Shown piece after piece: positions 46,345 to 58,400 of a stretch of 64,000 nt of DNA; position 1 is the stretch's first letter; every line of letters starts with the position of its first letter. Source of the stretch: Rebecca billardiae RCC1528 (taxonomy: Eukaryota; Protista; Haptophyta); NCBI GenBank assembly GCA_965240325.2, contig OZ251232.1, forward strand, positions 682,001 through 746,000, given 5' to 3'. The notes under the pieces were generated by a model. It saw only the letters and a program-made list of their open reading frames with translations. It was not told the origin of the DNA and did not search any database. The position numbers were made by a program, and so were the translations under genes.

Positions 46345-47386
46345 CGCCGCCGCCGCCGCCGCGTGGGGGTCGGATGCGCGCACGCGAGCGTGTCGCGCGC
46401 GCGCCCCGTGCCAACCCGCTCGCCGCCCGACCCGCCCGCCCTGCGTGCGCGCCGCCGCCTCGCCCCGCCGCGCTCTCGCCGCCGCCAGTTCGCCTCCAAG
46501 CTGATCTCGGACGTGCCGGTGAGCGGCTTCCTCTCGGCCCTCTTTGGCGCGCTCATCTACCCGCTCACAGGGCTGCAGAGGAAGGCGCGCAAGTTCCTCA
46601 ACTTCCTCGGTGCGGCGCGGCGCGGCCGGCCGGCGCCGCTGCGCATGCTGGCGTGCAAGGCGCCCGCGCGCCGCCGTCCGTCCGCTCGGGCGCCGCCGCC
46701 GCGCCGCCGTGCGCCGCGGCTCGCCGCGGGCGCGTCGCGCGCGCGCGGGTGCGCGCGGTGCACGCGCCCGCGCTGAGTCGAGGCGCGCGCGCGCACGGCC
46801 GCGCCCCGCCGTCCGAACCCACGCGCGCCGCGCGTGCGCCGCAGGGCTGGTCGCGCTCGAGTCGTTCGCCAGCTCCGCGCTCGGCCTGCTGCTCGGCTCG
46901 GTCGCGCCCTCGACCGACGCCGCGCTCGCCATGTTCCCACCGATCGTCGTGCTGATGGTGATCTTCAACGGCTTCAACATCAACCCCGAGTCGGTGCCCA
47001 AGCCGGTGCGCTGGATGCCCGAGGTCTCGCTCATCCGCTGGGCCTTTGAGGGCTTCGCCGTCAACGAGTTCACGGGGCTCAAGCTCAAGCCGCTCCCGAA
47101 GCGCGCGATGCTCGCGGCGGCCAAGGCCGGCTCGGGGTTCGTCTCGACGGGCGAGCAGGCGCTCGAGAATCTGTCGTTCGGCCGGAGCACTGTGCGCCGG
47201 TGCGCGGTCGCGCAGGGCAGCATCATCGCGGGCTGCTGGCTGGGCTCGCTGCGCGCGCTGCAGGTCAACCGGCCACGGATGGCGCGGATGCGCGCACCGT
47301 CGCAGCGTCGCAAGGGCGGGCCGGGTGCGGCGGGCGCGTCGGGCGGCGAGTCTGGCGCCCAACGCCCCGCCGCCGCGGCAGTCTGA
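44742..47386 (+). CDS. ABCG (White-type) half-transporter; predicted introns 44918-45054, 46178-46488, 46610-46844
   Basis: Spliced Walker A (AIMGPSGAGKT), signature VSGGERKRL, Walker B LFLDEPLSGLD and TLHQP, followed by an ABC2 membrane domain (SLIRWAFEGFAVNEF). Signal-peptide-like N-terminus. Confidence 0.92.
46292..46361. repeat. (GGC)n followed by (CCG)n trinucleotide tract in ABCG intron 2
   Basis: Seen directly; the junction is self-complementary. Confidence 0.85.
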
Positions 47387-48320
47387 GCCACGGGCCGTGG
47401 CTACTGTAGAGAGCTGCGGCCCGCTTGGGCGCAGCGTGCTGGCAGCACGCGGGCCGCCTGGGTCCGGGATGCAGACTGTAGCGCAGAGTCTGCGAAGGCG
47501 GGACGGCTGACACTCGCCTGGGCAGCCGGGCACCGACCGTACCGAGCGACCCGCCATATTGATATTACACGCGCCACCAGTTTTTGCATCCAAGTTTGGT
47601 ACGTCGGCTGTCAGATTTCGTCGTAATACCCACCGAACGAATCTAGGGAGCCAAAAGGCGGACCGGCGGGAATTACGGGACGTGTGTGAGATCACACCTC
47701 GAGCTGAGCGGGAGATCCCGCTCGTTGCCGCTCAACAAGCGCGCGCGAGGGCGCCTTGATCTCGTGAACACAACATGTTCTCAGGCATATAATCGTTTCA
47801 ATCTGAGCGACGAACCAGAGCGACATAAACCCACGCGCGCAATGCTAGGGTTTCGAATACAGCCTATTCGACGTAAATGTTGGTACGAAATATGTCGATT
47901 CGAAGCTGGAAGGGGGAGCACCCACGTGGCAATTGCTTAAAACCGATCCTTGTCGCTCGTTTACAGGTACAACTATTTTAGGTGGGCATTCGTCAACCGT
48001 CGCTTAGCTGCAACATTCAGCCATAGCAGGCGAAAGTCCGTACGATTTTTAAGATCACCAACCACCATAATTACACATATGAAGATTGGCGCCTCGCGCA
48101 TTCCTCGGCCACTCCCCAGCACTAATTACTACGTATTCCGCCCAGATTCAAAGTTGAAGCTGCGTCAATCCTTCGCCAACCGCCAGGAATCCACACTTTA
48201 CCACCCCTCCCCAAGGACTTTGAGTGCCGCCAGCCGCCAAACACCTCACCAGCAGTACACCACCCACACATGCCTCCAGCGACTTGTCTTCACCTTGTGT
48301 CGCGTACGCCGCCCGTCGAG

Positions 48321-49811
48321 ATGCTACCGACCGACCTGGTGGAGAGGATCACCAAGCACCTCCCGCTCCCCGACATCGTGAGCGCGAACGCCGTCTCCCG
48401 CGTCTTCCGCGGCGCGCCCGGCAACCACTCGCCCGTCGAGCGCGCGCTCCTCGAGCGCGCGCGCGCGCGTGGGCACGCGCGCGCGCTCGCCGCGGCGCTG
48501 CCGCACGACGAGAGCACAACGACGGGCGAGCTCCTCGCGCACGAGCGCGTTCACGAGCTCGCGCGCGCGCACAGTCACGCCGTGGCGTGCGGGACGTCGC
48601 TGCTGTATCAGCTCAGCATGAGCGCGTTTGTGGACGCAGACGGCGCGCTCTACACGTGGGGCGAGGAGAAGACATATGACGACGGCGACGACGACGAGGA
48701 GGAGGCGTGCGCGTATCGCGCATGCGCCGGGCTCGGCCACGGCGAGACGGACTCGGTCCTCGTGCCCAAGCGCGTGGCCTCGCTCTCGGCCGTGCGCATG
48801 TGCGCGGTCGCCGCTGGCTACGACCACCTGCTCGCGCTGAGCGCGAGCGGCGAGGTCTACGCGTGCGGCGAGAACCGCGACGGCCAGCTCGGGCTGGGCG
48901 ACACGGCGACGCGCCGCGTGTTCGTCCAAGTCACGGCGCTCGCGCACGAGGTCGTCGTGTGCGTCGCAGGTGGGAGCCACTGCAGCCTCGCGCTCAGCAC
49001 GGCGGGCCGCGCCTACAGCTGGGGCCAGAACAACCACGGCCAGCTCGGCCACGGCGACACGGTCGGCAGGCTGGAGCCTCGGCGCATCGAGGCGCTGGTC
49101 GACGAGCGTATCGCGGGCGTCGGCGCCGGCATGTTCCACGTGCAGCTCGTCTCGGTCAGCGGCGCTGTCTACTCGTGCGGCCGCGGACAGGCTGGCCAGC
49201 TCGGCCACGGTGACCAGCAGGATCAGCACACGCCCAAGCGCATCGAGGCGCTCTCGGGCGTGCACGCCGTGCACGTGAGCGCGGGCGCTGCGCACAGCCT
49301 GGTCGTTGACCGCACGGGCGGCGTATACTCCTTCGGCCATGGCAGGTCTGGCTGCCTGGGCCATGGCGACGAGTCCGCAGTGCGCACGCCGACGCGCATC
49401 GAGGCGCTGGCGGGCGTGCGCGCTGTGCACGCCCGTGCGGGCTCGGACAGCAGCGTGGTGCTGAGCGCGGACGGCAGCTTGCACGCGTTCGGGAGCAACG
49501 GCTGCTCTCAGCTCGGTGCCAAGACAAGGCACACCCGCGTGCCGCACCCGACCCCCGTGCACGTCGACGCGCACGCGCGCGTGAGCGACTGCGCGCTCGG
49601 CCACAACCACGCGCTCTTCATGACGGTGGACGGCAACGTGTACTCGTGCGGCGAGCAGACCGCTGCGCTCGGCCACGGCGTGAGCGCGGACGCGGAGAAG
49701 ACGGACGTCGCCACGCCCTCGCCGTGCATCGCGCGTCGCAACGTGCCACCTGCGTCTGCGGTCCTCCCCCCAGCGAGATCAGCAGGACGGCGCGCGGTGC
49801 CCTGCTACTGA
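48321..49811 (+). CDS. F-box-like plus RCC1-repeat protein, copy 1
   Basis: MLPTDLVERITKHLPLPDIVSANAVSRVFR is F-box-like. About seven RCC1 repeats follow (VAAGYDHLLALSASGEVYACGENRDGQLGLGD, etc.). Confidence 0.87.
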   Translation: MLPTDLVERITKHLPLPDIVSANAVSRVFRGAPGNHSPVERALLERARARGHARALAAALPHDESTTTGELLAHERVHELARAHSHAVACGTSLLYQLSMSAFVDADGALYTWGEEKTYDDGDDDEEEACAYRACAGLGHGETDSVLVPKRVASLSAVRMCAVAAGYDHLLALSASGEVYACGENRDGQLGLGDTATRRVFVQVTALAHEVVVCVAGGSHCSLALSTAGRAYSWGQNNHGQLGHGDTVGRLEPRRIEALVDERIAGVGAGMFHVQLVSVSGAVYSCGRGQAGQLGHGDQQDQHTPKRIEALSGVHAVHVSAGAAHSLVVDRTGGVYSFGHGRSGCLGHGDESAVRTPTRIEALAGVRAVHARAGSDSSVVLSADGSLHAFGSNGCSQLGAKTRHTRVPHPTPVHVDAHARVSDCALGHNHALFMTVDGNVYSCGEQTAALGHGVSADAEKTDVATPSPCIARRNVPPASAVLPPARSAGRRAVPCY

Positions 49812-50396
49812 TGACAGCTCGGACACGACGGTCATCAGAGTCTGATCAATGCTTGACAGATCCGCCGAGATCGACGCCAGATCGGACGCGCCACGCGGAC
49901 GCCGGTCAGGGTCCGCGGATTATTCGATCAATATATTCAACAGCGCATCATTATTGACATCAGATCGCGATCGTTTTGATTATTATTATTATTCGACGAT
50001 ATATGGATATATATGCTGCGCAGATCGATATATCGATGGACGATGTCAGATGATCAGATTTAATGATGACGACGATTTAACACCGCCGCCGACGAGTGAT
50101 GATCGACGCCTGCTTGAATCAGATCGTTAATTGTGTATAACTAGGCACTGCCTCCTATGCCGTTGGCGTCGGTGTCAGACTGTCTTGATGGCGCCTCGCT
50201 GCCGGCCTGCCGCACCCATGCAGCCCTTGGCGGGCCTTGCAGCCGCTTGCGCACCGCGACGACGATGCTGATGCGTCCCGGAGCAAGCCGGAAGCCCGCC
50301 CGCCCTCAGCGCCCGGCCGGTCGGCATGCCGCGGCCGCATTCGCTGCCCGTGCGGACGCCCGCCTTTGGGCGGTGCTTGGCGGCGTGCAGCTTCTC

Positions 50397-51014
50397 TCAT
50401 TCGCTGCCCTTGAGCACGCCCACCTTTGGGTACTTGGCGTACAGCTTCTCCGCCCAGTCGTCCAGCGTGGAGAGCTGCTCGGGCTCGAGGCCCGTGAGGT
50501 CGGCGAGCGCGTCCTCGGCCTTGAGGGACATGAGCGCGAGGGCGCGGGAGCCGTCGCGTCCCGCGAGGTGCTTATAGGGCCCCTCGGGTCCGTAGAAGTC
50601 GCTCCCCGTCTCGTGCACGTCGAGCACTCGTCCCTTCACCGCGAGGAAGAGCGCATGCGCAGGGTGGCGCCCGTCGTGCACGGCGAGCCTGCGGCCGCGC
50701 GCGAGCGGGAGGGCGCGCGTGGACGCTGGGCGTGTCAGCGCGACACGCCCACTCAGGCGGGACCGCCGCCGCGCACCCCGTCCCCCCATCGCGCGCGTGC
50801 GCCGCCGCTGCCGCGCGCACTCGTCGGCTGTGAACGTCCTTGGCTGCTCGCGATACCGCAGCGCCTCCTCGTGGGCACGCTTGGCGAGCGCCCGGCGGTG
50901 CCATGTGCGGTAAAGCTGGAGCGCGGCGCGGCCGACTGTGTACACGCCCAGCCCGACTGTCGCTGTCAGCGCGGAGTACCCGACCACCAACTCGCTGACG
51001 GACTTGCCCGCCAT
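50397..51014 (-). CDS. Membrane-associated cytochrome b5-like heme/steroid-binding protein (MAPR family); predicted intron 50689-50820
   Basis: N-terminal TM segment, spliced FTADELAVHDG, LFLAVKGRVLDV, FYGPEGPYKHLAGRDGSRALA and W...KYPKVG. Confidence 0.9.
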   Translation of the reverse strand: MAGKSVSELVVGYSALTATVGLGVYTVGRAALQLYRTWHRRALAKRAHEEALRYREQPRTFTADECARQRRRTRAMGGRGARRRSRLSGRVALTRPASTRALPLARGRRLAVHDGRHPAHALFLAVKGRVLDVHETGSDFYGPEGPYKHLAGRDGSRALALMSLKAEDALADLTGLEPEQLSTLDDWAEKLYAKYPKVGVLKGSE

Positions 51015-51158
51015 CGCTGAGGCCACGCACGTGGACGCGGGTGCGGGCCTGCTGCCTGCGCCGCCTGGGCGGGGGCCGGGCCTTGCTTGGGCCTTGGCGA
51101 GCGGCGGGGCGATGGCGGCCCGGTAATCCATCCCAGCTTAGAGAGTATCATCATCATC

Positions 51159-53420
51159 ATGCCCTTCGGCATGATGGCGCGCCTGCCGGCGAGGAGCCGT
51201 TGCAGCGCGCGATGGGCTCGCCCTGGCGGCGGCTGCATGGCCGTGGGCGCCGCGAGGTGCCTCGTGGCGCGCGTGCGAGCGCGCGAGGAGATCGCCCGCG
51301 CCGACGACACGGCGCCACCGCCGCCGCTGGATGCGGCGCGCACGATCATGTCGCTCGTGCGGCCCGAGCGGCGGCTGATCGCGGCGGGCGTTGTGCTCAG
51401 CGTGGCGAGCTCCGGCCTCACGCTCGCATTCCCGGCGGCGATCGGCTGGCTCGTCGACGTCACGCTCGCGACAGACCGCGAAGTGAGCCCGATGATCGCG
51501 ACGGCCGCGCTCGGCGCCATCTCCACGAGCCAGGCGGCGGTGATGGTGCTCCGCTCGCGCGTGATGACGGTGGCCGGCGAGAACCTGGTGGCGCGCGTGC
51601 GCACGCGCGCGTTCAGCAGCCTCCTGCGCCAGGAGGTCGCCTTCTTCGACCGGCAGGAGTCGGGCGAGCTGCTGAACCGGCTGAGCGCCGACTGCGCGCA
51701 GCTTCAGAAGGCGGTGAGCTCGACGGTTGTGCAGGCGCTGCGCTCGGTGTCGATGGCGCTGGGCTCGACGGCCATGCTGCTCTACCTCTCGCCCTCGCTC
51801 GCCGCGCTCAGCGTCGCCGTCTTCCCCGCCGTCTTCGCCTTCGGCGCGTGGCAGGGCCGCGCGATGCGCGCGGAGCAGAAAGCCGTGCAGCGGCTGCTCG
51901 CGCGCTCGGCCGCGGTCGCGGGCCGCGCGCTCGCGGGCGTGCGCACGCTGCGCGCGCTCGGCGCGGAGCGCACGCAGCTCGGGCGGTACGAGGCGGCGGT
52001 GCAGAGCTCGCGCGACCGCGCCGTCGCCGTCGGCATGCGCCAGGCGTACTTCGACGGCTCCGTGCAGCTCGCGGCCAACGCTTCCATGCTCGTTGTGCTC
52101 GGCCAGGGCTCGGCGATGGTCGCGGCGGGCGCACTGAGCGCGGGCGAGCTGTCGTCGTTCGTGCTCTACTCGATGTGGCTGGGCTTCGCGTCGTCGCAGC
52201 TCTCCGGCGCGTACGCCGAGACCGTGCGCGCCCTCGGCTCGAGCGAGCGCCTCCTCGAGCTGATGAGCCGCCAGCCGCGCATCCCCGAGCGGGGCGGCCT
52301 GCGGCTGGCGCACGGGCCGACTGACGGGAGCGGCGCGCCGGTGCTGCCTCTCGGCGTGGACTTCGAGGGCGTCGGGTTCAGGTACGCGGCGCGGCTGCCG
52401 TCGGTGGCGCGCCGAGCCGGCGCCCGCGCCGACTCGGGCGCAGAGGAGGCCCTCCAGGACCCCGCCGCGCCCGCGCCGCCCGCGGGGCGCGCGGCAGCGG
52501 CTGCCGCGCGCCAGCCAGACGGGTCGAGCGCACAGCTGCACGCGGCTGCGGCCGCAGAGGAGGAGGAGGAGGCGGCGGCGGCGGAGGAGGAGGAGGAGCG
52601 GCGCACGGCGCTGGAGATCCGCGGCCTGACGCTGCACATCGGCGCGGGCGAGCGCGTCGGCCTCGTCGGCGAGTCCGGCTGCGGCAAGTCCACCCTGCTC
52701 CGGCTGATCAGCCGGCTGTACGATGTGCGCGCGGGCGCGGTGCGCGTGGGCGGCGTGGACGTGCGCCAGCTCGACCCGGCGCAGCTCCGCGGCCACCTGG
52801 TGGCGACGCTGCCGCAGGAGGTGGTGCTGCTCGCGGGCTCGATCCGGGACAACGTCGCGCTGGGCGCGCTCACGCCGGACGCGCTCGACGCCGATGCCGG
52901 CGCCGGCGCCGGCGCCGACGACGCCGACGCCGGCGCTGAAGCCGCGCGGCGGCGAGCGGCGGCGCTCGAGAGCGCAGTGGACGCGGCGGTCGACGCGGCC
53001 GGCCTCCGCGCGCTCATCTCGACGCTTCCGGACGGGCTGGACACGCAGGTGGGCGAGGGCGGCGTCTCGCTCTCCGGAGGCGAGCGCCAGCGCGTCGCCA
53101 TCGCGCGGCTCCTCGTCGCCGACCCGTCGGTCGTGCTGCTCGACGAGTTCTCGTCGGCGCTGGACGCGGTGACCGAGGCGGCGGTGACCGCCTCGCTGCG
53201 CGCGCTGCTGGCCGGCCGCACGGTGATCACGATCGCGCACCGGGAGAGCGCGCTGCGCGGGCTCGGCGTCGAGCGCATCGTCGAGCTGGGGCAGGGCGCG
53301 CGCGTCTTGCGCGACGTGCCGTTCGCGGAGTGGGCCCAGTGCCACCATGCGGCGCACGGCAGACGGCTCGGCGCCGAGTCACTACGAGCGCCCTCCGCCG
53401 CCTCGGGGCCCGGCGAATAA
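51159..53420 (+). CDS. ABCB half-transporter, ABCB10/MDL1-like, probably mitochondrial
   Basis: LLRQEVAFFDRQESGELLNRLSAD, GESGCGKST, LSGGERQRVAIAR, LLDEFSSALD and IAHR. Arg-rich presequence-like N-terminus. Confidence 0.9.
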   Translation: MPFGMMARLPARSRCSARWARPGGGCMAVGAARCLVARVRAREEIARADDTAPPPPLDAARTIMSLVRPERRLIAAGVVLSVASSGLTLAFPAAIGWLVDVTLATDREVSPMIATAALGAISTSQAAVMVLRSRVMTVAGENLVARVRTRAFSSLLRQEVAFFDRQESGELLNRLSADCAQLQKAVSSTVVQALRSVSMALGSTAMLLYLSPSLAALSVAVFPAVFAFGAWQGRAMRAEQKAVQRLLARSAAVAGRALAGVRTLRALGAERTQLGRYEAAVQSSRDRAVAVGMRQAYFDGSVQLAANASMLVVLGQGSAMVAAGALSAGELSSFVLYSMWLGFASSQLSGAYAETVRALGSSERLLELMSRQPRIPERGGLRLAHGPTDGSGAPVLPLGVDFEGVGFRYAARLPSVARRAGARADSGAEEALQDPAAPAPPAGRAAAAAARQPDGSSAQLHAAAAAEEEEEAAAAEEEEERRTALEIRGLTLHIGAGERVGLVGESGCGKSTLLRLISRLYDVRAGAVRVGGVDVRQLDPAQLRGHLVATLPQEVVLLAGSIRDNVALGALTPDALDADAGAGAGADDADAGAEAARRRAAALESAVDAAVDAAGLRALISTLPDGLDTQVGEGGVSLSGGERQRVAIARLLVADPSVVLLDEFSSALDAVTEAAVTASLRALLAGRTVITIAHRESALRGLGVERIVELGQGARVLRDVPFAEWAQCHHAAHGRRLGAESLRAPSAASGPGE

Positions 53421-55456
53421 ATCGGCGCGCAAACAATATATATATATATACCACGTCGTTATATATATATATATATCATGTGCATATATAAGTGTACTCA
53501 TCATCACTTAATATATATATAGTATATCGTCGTCGCGGTATTTATATATTATTATTAATAATCCGCGTGAATCGGGAATGAAGTGTGCCCTGGTGGGCGG
53601 GCCCGCGGGGGGTCGGCGGACCGTGCCAGTGCAGTCGCAATGTTTTTCGATCTGCGGGTAGTTCGCGTCTTTCCACATTCGCTCGTGGCCGTTGGTGACG
53701 GACAGTCGGACCAGTGACACCTGCTGATGCCTGATAATGTTCTCCCACGAGTGTATTGTAGTACACGCCCCGGCGTGCGCATCAGCGCCACTCAATAACG
53801 AGGCCCACACCCATGCACGAGGGAATGTGCAGCACGCGGGGCGGGGCGGGTAGCCCGTTGCTCCGCGCGAGCGCGGGTACGCGCTGCATGTGCCGTAATC
53901 GAGCGCCTTGCCGCCGACGAAGCCGGCAGAATAGATCACGTGCATGTCCTCCTGCTGCCAGCCGAGAGCGGTCGTCGCGAGGATGCTTGCTGATGTCCGC
54001 TCCGGGCATGATGGGCTCGGCGCAGGTCGCGTTGACATTGGTACACGGCCGCCACGCTGAGCACGAGCTCGTTGACGTTCACGCGGTCGTCGCTCTTCGC
54101 ATCTTCGACAGGTCTGGCGCCCGCGTGTTCGGCGGCACGAGGAGCTGTTGGTTGTGCGCGCGCGCGCGCACAGCGACAGCGTGTGCCTCGCGATAGAGAG
54201 TCGGCACGAGCTGGTCACGCATGCACACGAATCGCAGCGCATCCGTCACCGGCGTGACGACTTCCGCCTCGTCCCGCAGCGCCTGCGCCATGGACGAGGA
54301 TGGCGCGGCGATGTTGCATGCTCGACGTTTCATCTCTCTGCGGATGGCATCACGGGCTTGTCTGTCTCGCGCTGCGGCGATGGTCGCCAACTCGCAAAGA
54401 CACGGTTGCCGCCATGGCGACAGACCCGGGAGGTGCGTCCGCTGCGCGTCGTACGCCGTTGGCGCTGCGCTTCCGTCGCATTGGTCACAGTCGACGCCAT
54501 GCACGCTGGACGTGGGCTTCGGCTGAGGGACCGCGAGCGACGACTGAGTCCGGTGCGCGGATTCCGGCGATCGAGTTCAGAAGGCCGCGCCAAATCTGCG
54601 TCGCGTGCGATGGCGCTTCCCGCCCGCGAGACACCTCGTGATGAGGGCCTTTCCGCACCGAGCCCGACGCGCGGCGGTGGATCGCACGAGGTGGTTGTCG
54701 TGCGCAGCGCTTGATACTATGGCCCGTGCGAGCGCTCGACGTGCAAGTCGGGCGAGGACCGCCCCAGGTCGCACGATCGTGTCGACGCGCCGAGCGTACC
54801 GCTCCAAACGGGTCGATTTAGCCCCTGTTCGACCTGCACGCGAGACGACGAGGGCAGCAATCGCGAATCGGGCGAAAACCTGTCTCGGGAATCCTCGCGC
54901 GATGTCCGCGCCGGCGTTGGATCTGGCGCGCGCCGCCCACGCGCTCCGCGCCATCCGGTAACTTAGCGGCATCATCAGCGACGCCAGTGTCCAGTGACTC
55001 TGTTCTGACGATCACGTGATTCGGATGGCGCGTCGTTCACTTGTATGAGGCGTACAGCGCGCTGCGCGTACAGTCGTATTCCGATCCGCGCGGTCGTCAC
55101 GCGCGCATCAAGCTTCGGATGCTGCTGCGCTGTCGCGGCTGTCGTATAGTGCACGCGCACTCGTCGGCCGTCGTCGTCAGCACGTCGTCGTCGTCGGCAC
55201 TCGGCTGACGCCTGCCACTGCACTGCTGACGCACGACGCACCGGAACGCGCAGCACGCGCAGTGGCGCCATCTGTCCTGTGTCCAGCCATCACGGCCATC
55301 AAGGCGCCGCTGTACTGCGAAGCCGCGCCGCCCGCAGTTTGATTGATGCCCGGTGCCCTTGGCGGCGTCCGGTCGGGCCGGCCGGGCAGCATCATCAGCG
55401 CCAGCAGCCACCCGCGATGTCGTCGTCGGTGGCGCAGCGCGCGCCAGGATCAAGAC

Positions 55457-58400
55457 TCAGATGGCCTTGATCTCTTGCAGCGCGGCTTGCGTCGCCGCGT
55501 CCGCGTGCGGCGGCGCGGTCGGCAGGACGACGCGATCGGCCAGCAGGTACCCCAGCTTGGGCAGCGAGTCCGCCCACGCCTGCTGCGGCGATGCCGCCAT
55601 GCCAAACTGCTTGAGCGTGTCGCCGAGCAGGTCGCCGCCTCCCGCCGCCTGCGCACCGGCGGCGCTGGGCTGCGGCGCGGACGTGGACGGCGGTGCGCCG
55701 AGCTGCGCGCGCGACGGGCGCGCGCGCGCGTGCGCGTGGCGGGCGGACGCGCTCAGCCGCACGCGCATGGGCGGCCGCCGCCGCGAGGCGGTCGCACAGC
55801 CGCGCGGCGCGGCGCGTCGCGGCGGCGCGCGCTCACCAGCGAGTCGAGCCCAAACACGTCACCGCGGGGCGCGGGCTGCGCGCCCTCCGCGATGGACGGC
55901 GGGAGCGGCTGCGCGGAGGGCGGGCCGTCGGGCTTGCCCTCGCCGTCGAGCCAGCTCTCGGCGCGCGCGAGCGACGCGCTGGCGCCAAAGTCCGCAGGCA
56001 CGCTCGGCGGGTGCACGGGCGAGCGAGCCACCTGCGCACGCGGGGGGCGCGCTCGCTCGCTCTCAGCACGCGCGCGGGCCGGGCACGCCGCGCATGCGCG
56101 GCGGCTGCGCACGCGCGCGCACGCGCGAGCAGCAGCGCGCGGGCAGCAGCGCGCACGCGCGGCGGCACGCGGCGCGGCGCGCACCGAGGCCGGGTGGAAA
56201 GTGGCGCGCGGGTCGCACGTCGTCGCGGCGTGCAAGTGCCCCGCGCCGAGCGCGCCACCGAAGGGCTGCTCGGCGGCGTCGCTCGCCGCCGCCGCGCCGC
56301 CGGACGGCGCCGCCGCGTCCTCCATGGCGGAGCCTCCGCCGCCCGCGCCGTCGGCGGCGGCGGCGCCGCCGGCGTCGCCGCCGCGCGCCTTTGGCTGTGG
56401 CAGCCCGAGCAGCTGGGAGTAGCCGGCCTCGAGCGCGGAGCCCTGCCACTGCCAGCTCGACGCGCCCGACGGCGGCGGCGCCCTCGCGCCGCCCGCCCAG
56501 TGCCGCACCGCGTGCGCCGCGGGCAGCGCGAGCGAGACGCCCTCCGCCTCCGCGCGGCTCACGAGCTCGCCGAGGAGGGCCAGCGGCGGGCCGGCGTCGT
56601 CCGGCTGCGCGAGAGCGCTCTCCTCCACCAGAGGCGCGTCCTCGCCCAGCGCGGCCAGGAAGGCCGCCCGCGCGGCCGCGCGGAGCTCCGGCTCGGTTCG
56701 GTGCGCGCCCGGCGGTGCGATCGGCAGCGCGGGGGGCGGCGGCGCGGCCGCGCTCGGCACTGGCGCGGCTGATTGGGCGAAGGCTGCAAACTCGTCGTCA
56801 TCGCCACCGCCACCGCCGCCGCCGCCGCCGTCCGTGCCGTCGCCAAAGGCGCCAAAGTCGTCGCCGCCGCCGCCGCCGGCTGCGCCGCCAAAGTCGCCAA
56901 AGTCGCCGAAGCCGTCGGCATCGGCATCGCCGCCGCCGCTCGCGCCGACCGAGTCCGTTGCGCCCGCGGCGGCGACGGGCGCGCTGCCAAAGTCGCCAAA
57001 GCCGTCGCCCTCGCCACTCGCGACGGGCGTGCTGCCAAAGTCGCCAAAGCCGTCGCCCTCGCCACTCGCGACGGGCGCGCTGCCAAAGTCGCCAAAGCCG
57101 TCGCCCCCGCCGCCTCCCGCCGTTGGGGCGCCAAAGACGCCAAAGTCCGCCGCTTCCGCCCCTTCCGCCGCTTCCGCCTCGTCCGCCGCGCGCTCCGCCG
57201 GAAGGTCGGCGGTGGCCGCGGGCGCGCTCGCCGGCGCGCCCGCCGGCGCGGCCGCGGGCGCGGCCGCGGGCGCGGCCGCCGCGCGCTGCGCCGCCTGCCG
57301 CTCCGCGAGGAACTGCGCGTACTCTTCAAAGTCGTCGTCCTCGTCGTCATCGCCCGAGAGGGAGAAGGGGTCGGCGCCGCCGCCGCCCTCGGCCTCGGCG
57401 GCCGCCTCGTCGGCCCCCGCCTCGTCGGCCCCCGCCTCGTCGGCCTGCGCATCGCCGGCCTGCGCATCGTCGGCCTGCGCCGCGCCTGCGCCGCCCTCGC
57501 GCGGCGACGTCGCCGGCGCTTGCTCCGCGCGCGTGGGCGCGGTGGTCGCCGCCTCGTCGAGCGCGCCGCCCGCACTGAGCGCCTCGAGCGGGGCGGGCAC
57601 GTCGGCGGCTGCGTCGGCGTCCGCGTCCGCGCTGCCGAACGCGCCAAAGTCTGCGTCCTCCGCGCTCACGCCTTCCGCCGGCGTGGACGCGAAGTCGCCG
57701 AACGCTGCGTCCGCGCCGCCCTCGCCCCACGCCGCCGGCTGCGCGCCGGGCGCCGCCGCGGGCGGGGCGCCGTCGCTCGAATCGAGCGCCGCGCCGCCGG
57801 CGCCGGCCGTCGGGGACGACGACGCGGCGGTGCGCCCCGCGCCATCGAAGTCGCCAAAGTCGCCGAAGCCGTCGTCATCCGCGCCGCCCTCCGCGAATGC
57901 CGCGGAGGCGGCCGCCTCCGACGGCTGCGCAGCCGACACCAAGGACGCCTCTGCCAAGCTTGCGGCCGCGTCGACGGGCGCGGGCGCAGGCGCGGGCTCG
58001 GCCGGTCCGACGCCGAAGCTCGACTCGGCGTGCAGGCTGGCCGGCTCGGGCATGGCCGCGCTCGGCATCGTGCCAGCGAGCTCGCCAAAGCTCGGCTCGT
58101 CGCGCTGCGCGGCGGGCTCGGCGGGCAGCGTGTTCTCGAAGCTGCGCTCGGGCAGCACGTCCACGGGCGCCGCGCCAATCGTCGGGTCGACGCTCGGCTC
58201 GCTGCGCACGGCCGACGGCTCGGGCGGGAGGCCGACGCTGCCGGTGCTGTCCTCGCCGACGACGACGACCGGCTCCGCCTGCAGCTCCGCCGCAAACTCG
58301 GCGGGCTGGAATGCCGACGACGACTCCCGCGCGCCACCGCCCCCAAAATCGCCAAAGTCGTCGGCGTCGGCGTCGGCGGAAGCGTCGGCGGCAGCAGCGG

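Noticed and set aside
48321-49811. UVR8 photoreceptor call for the RCC1 proteins
   Set aside because: The GWRHT tryptophan motifs are absent and an F-box-like N-terminus is present.
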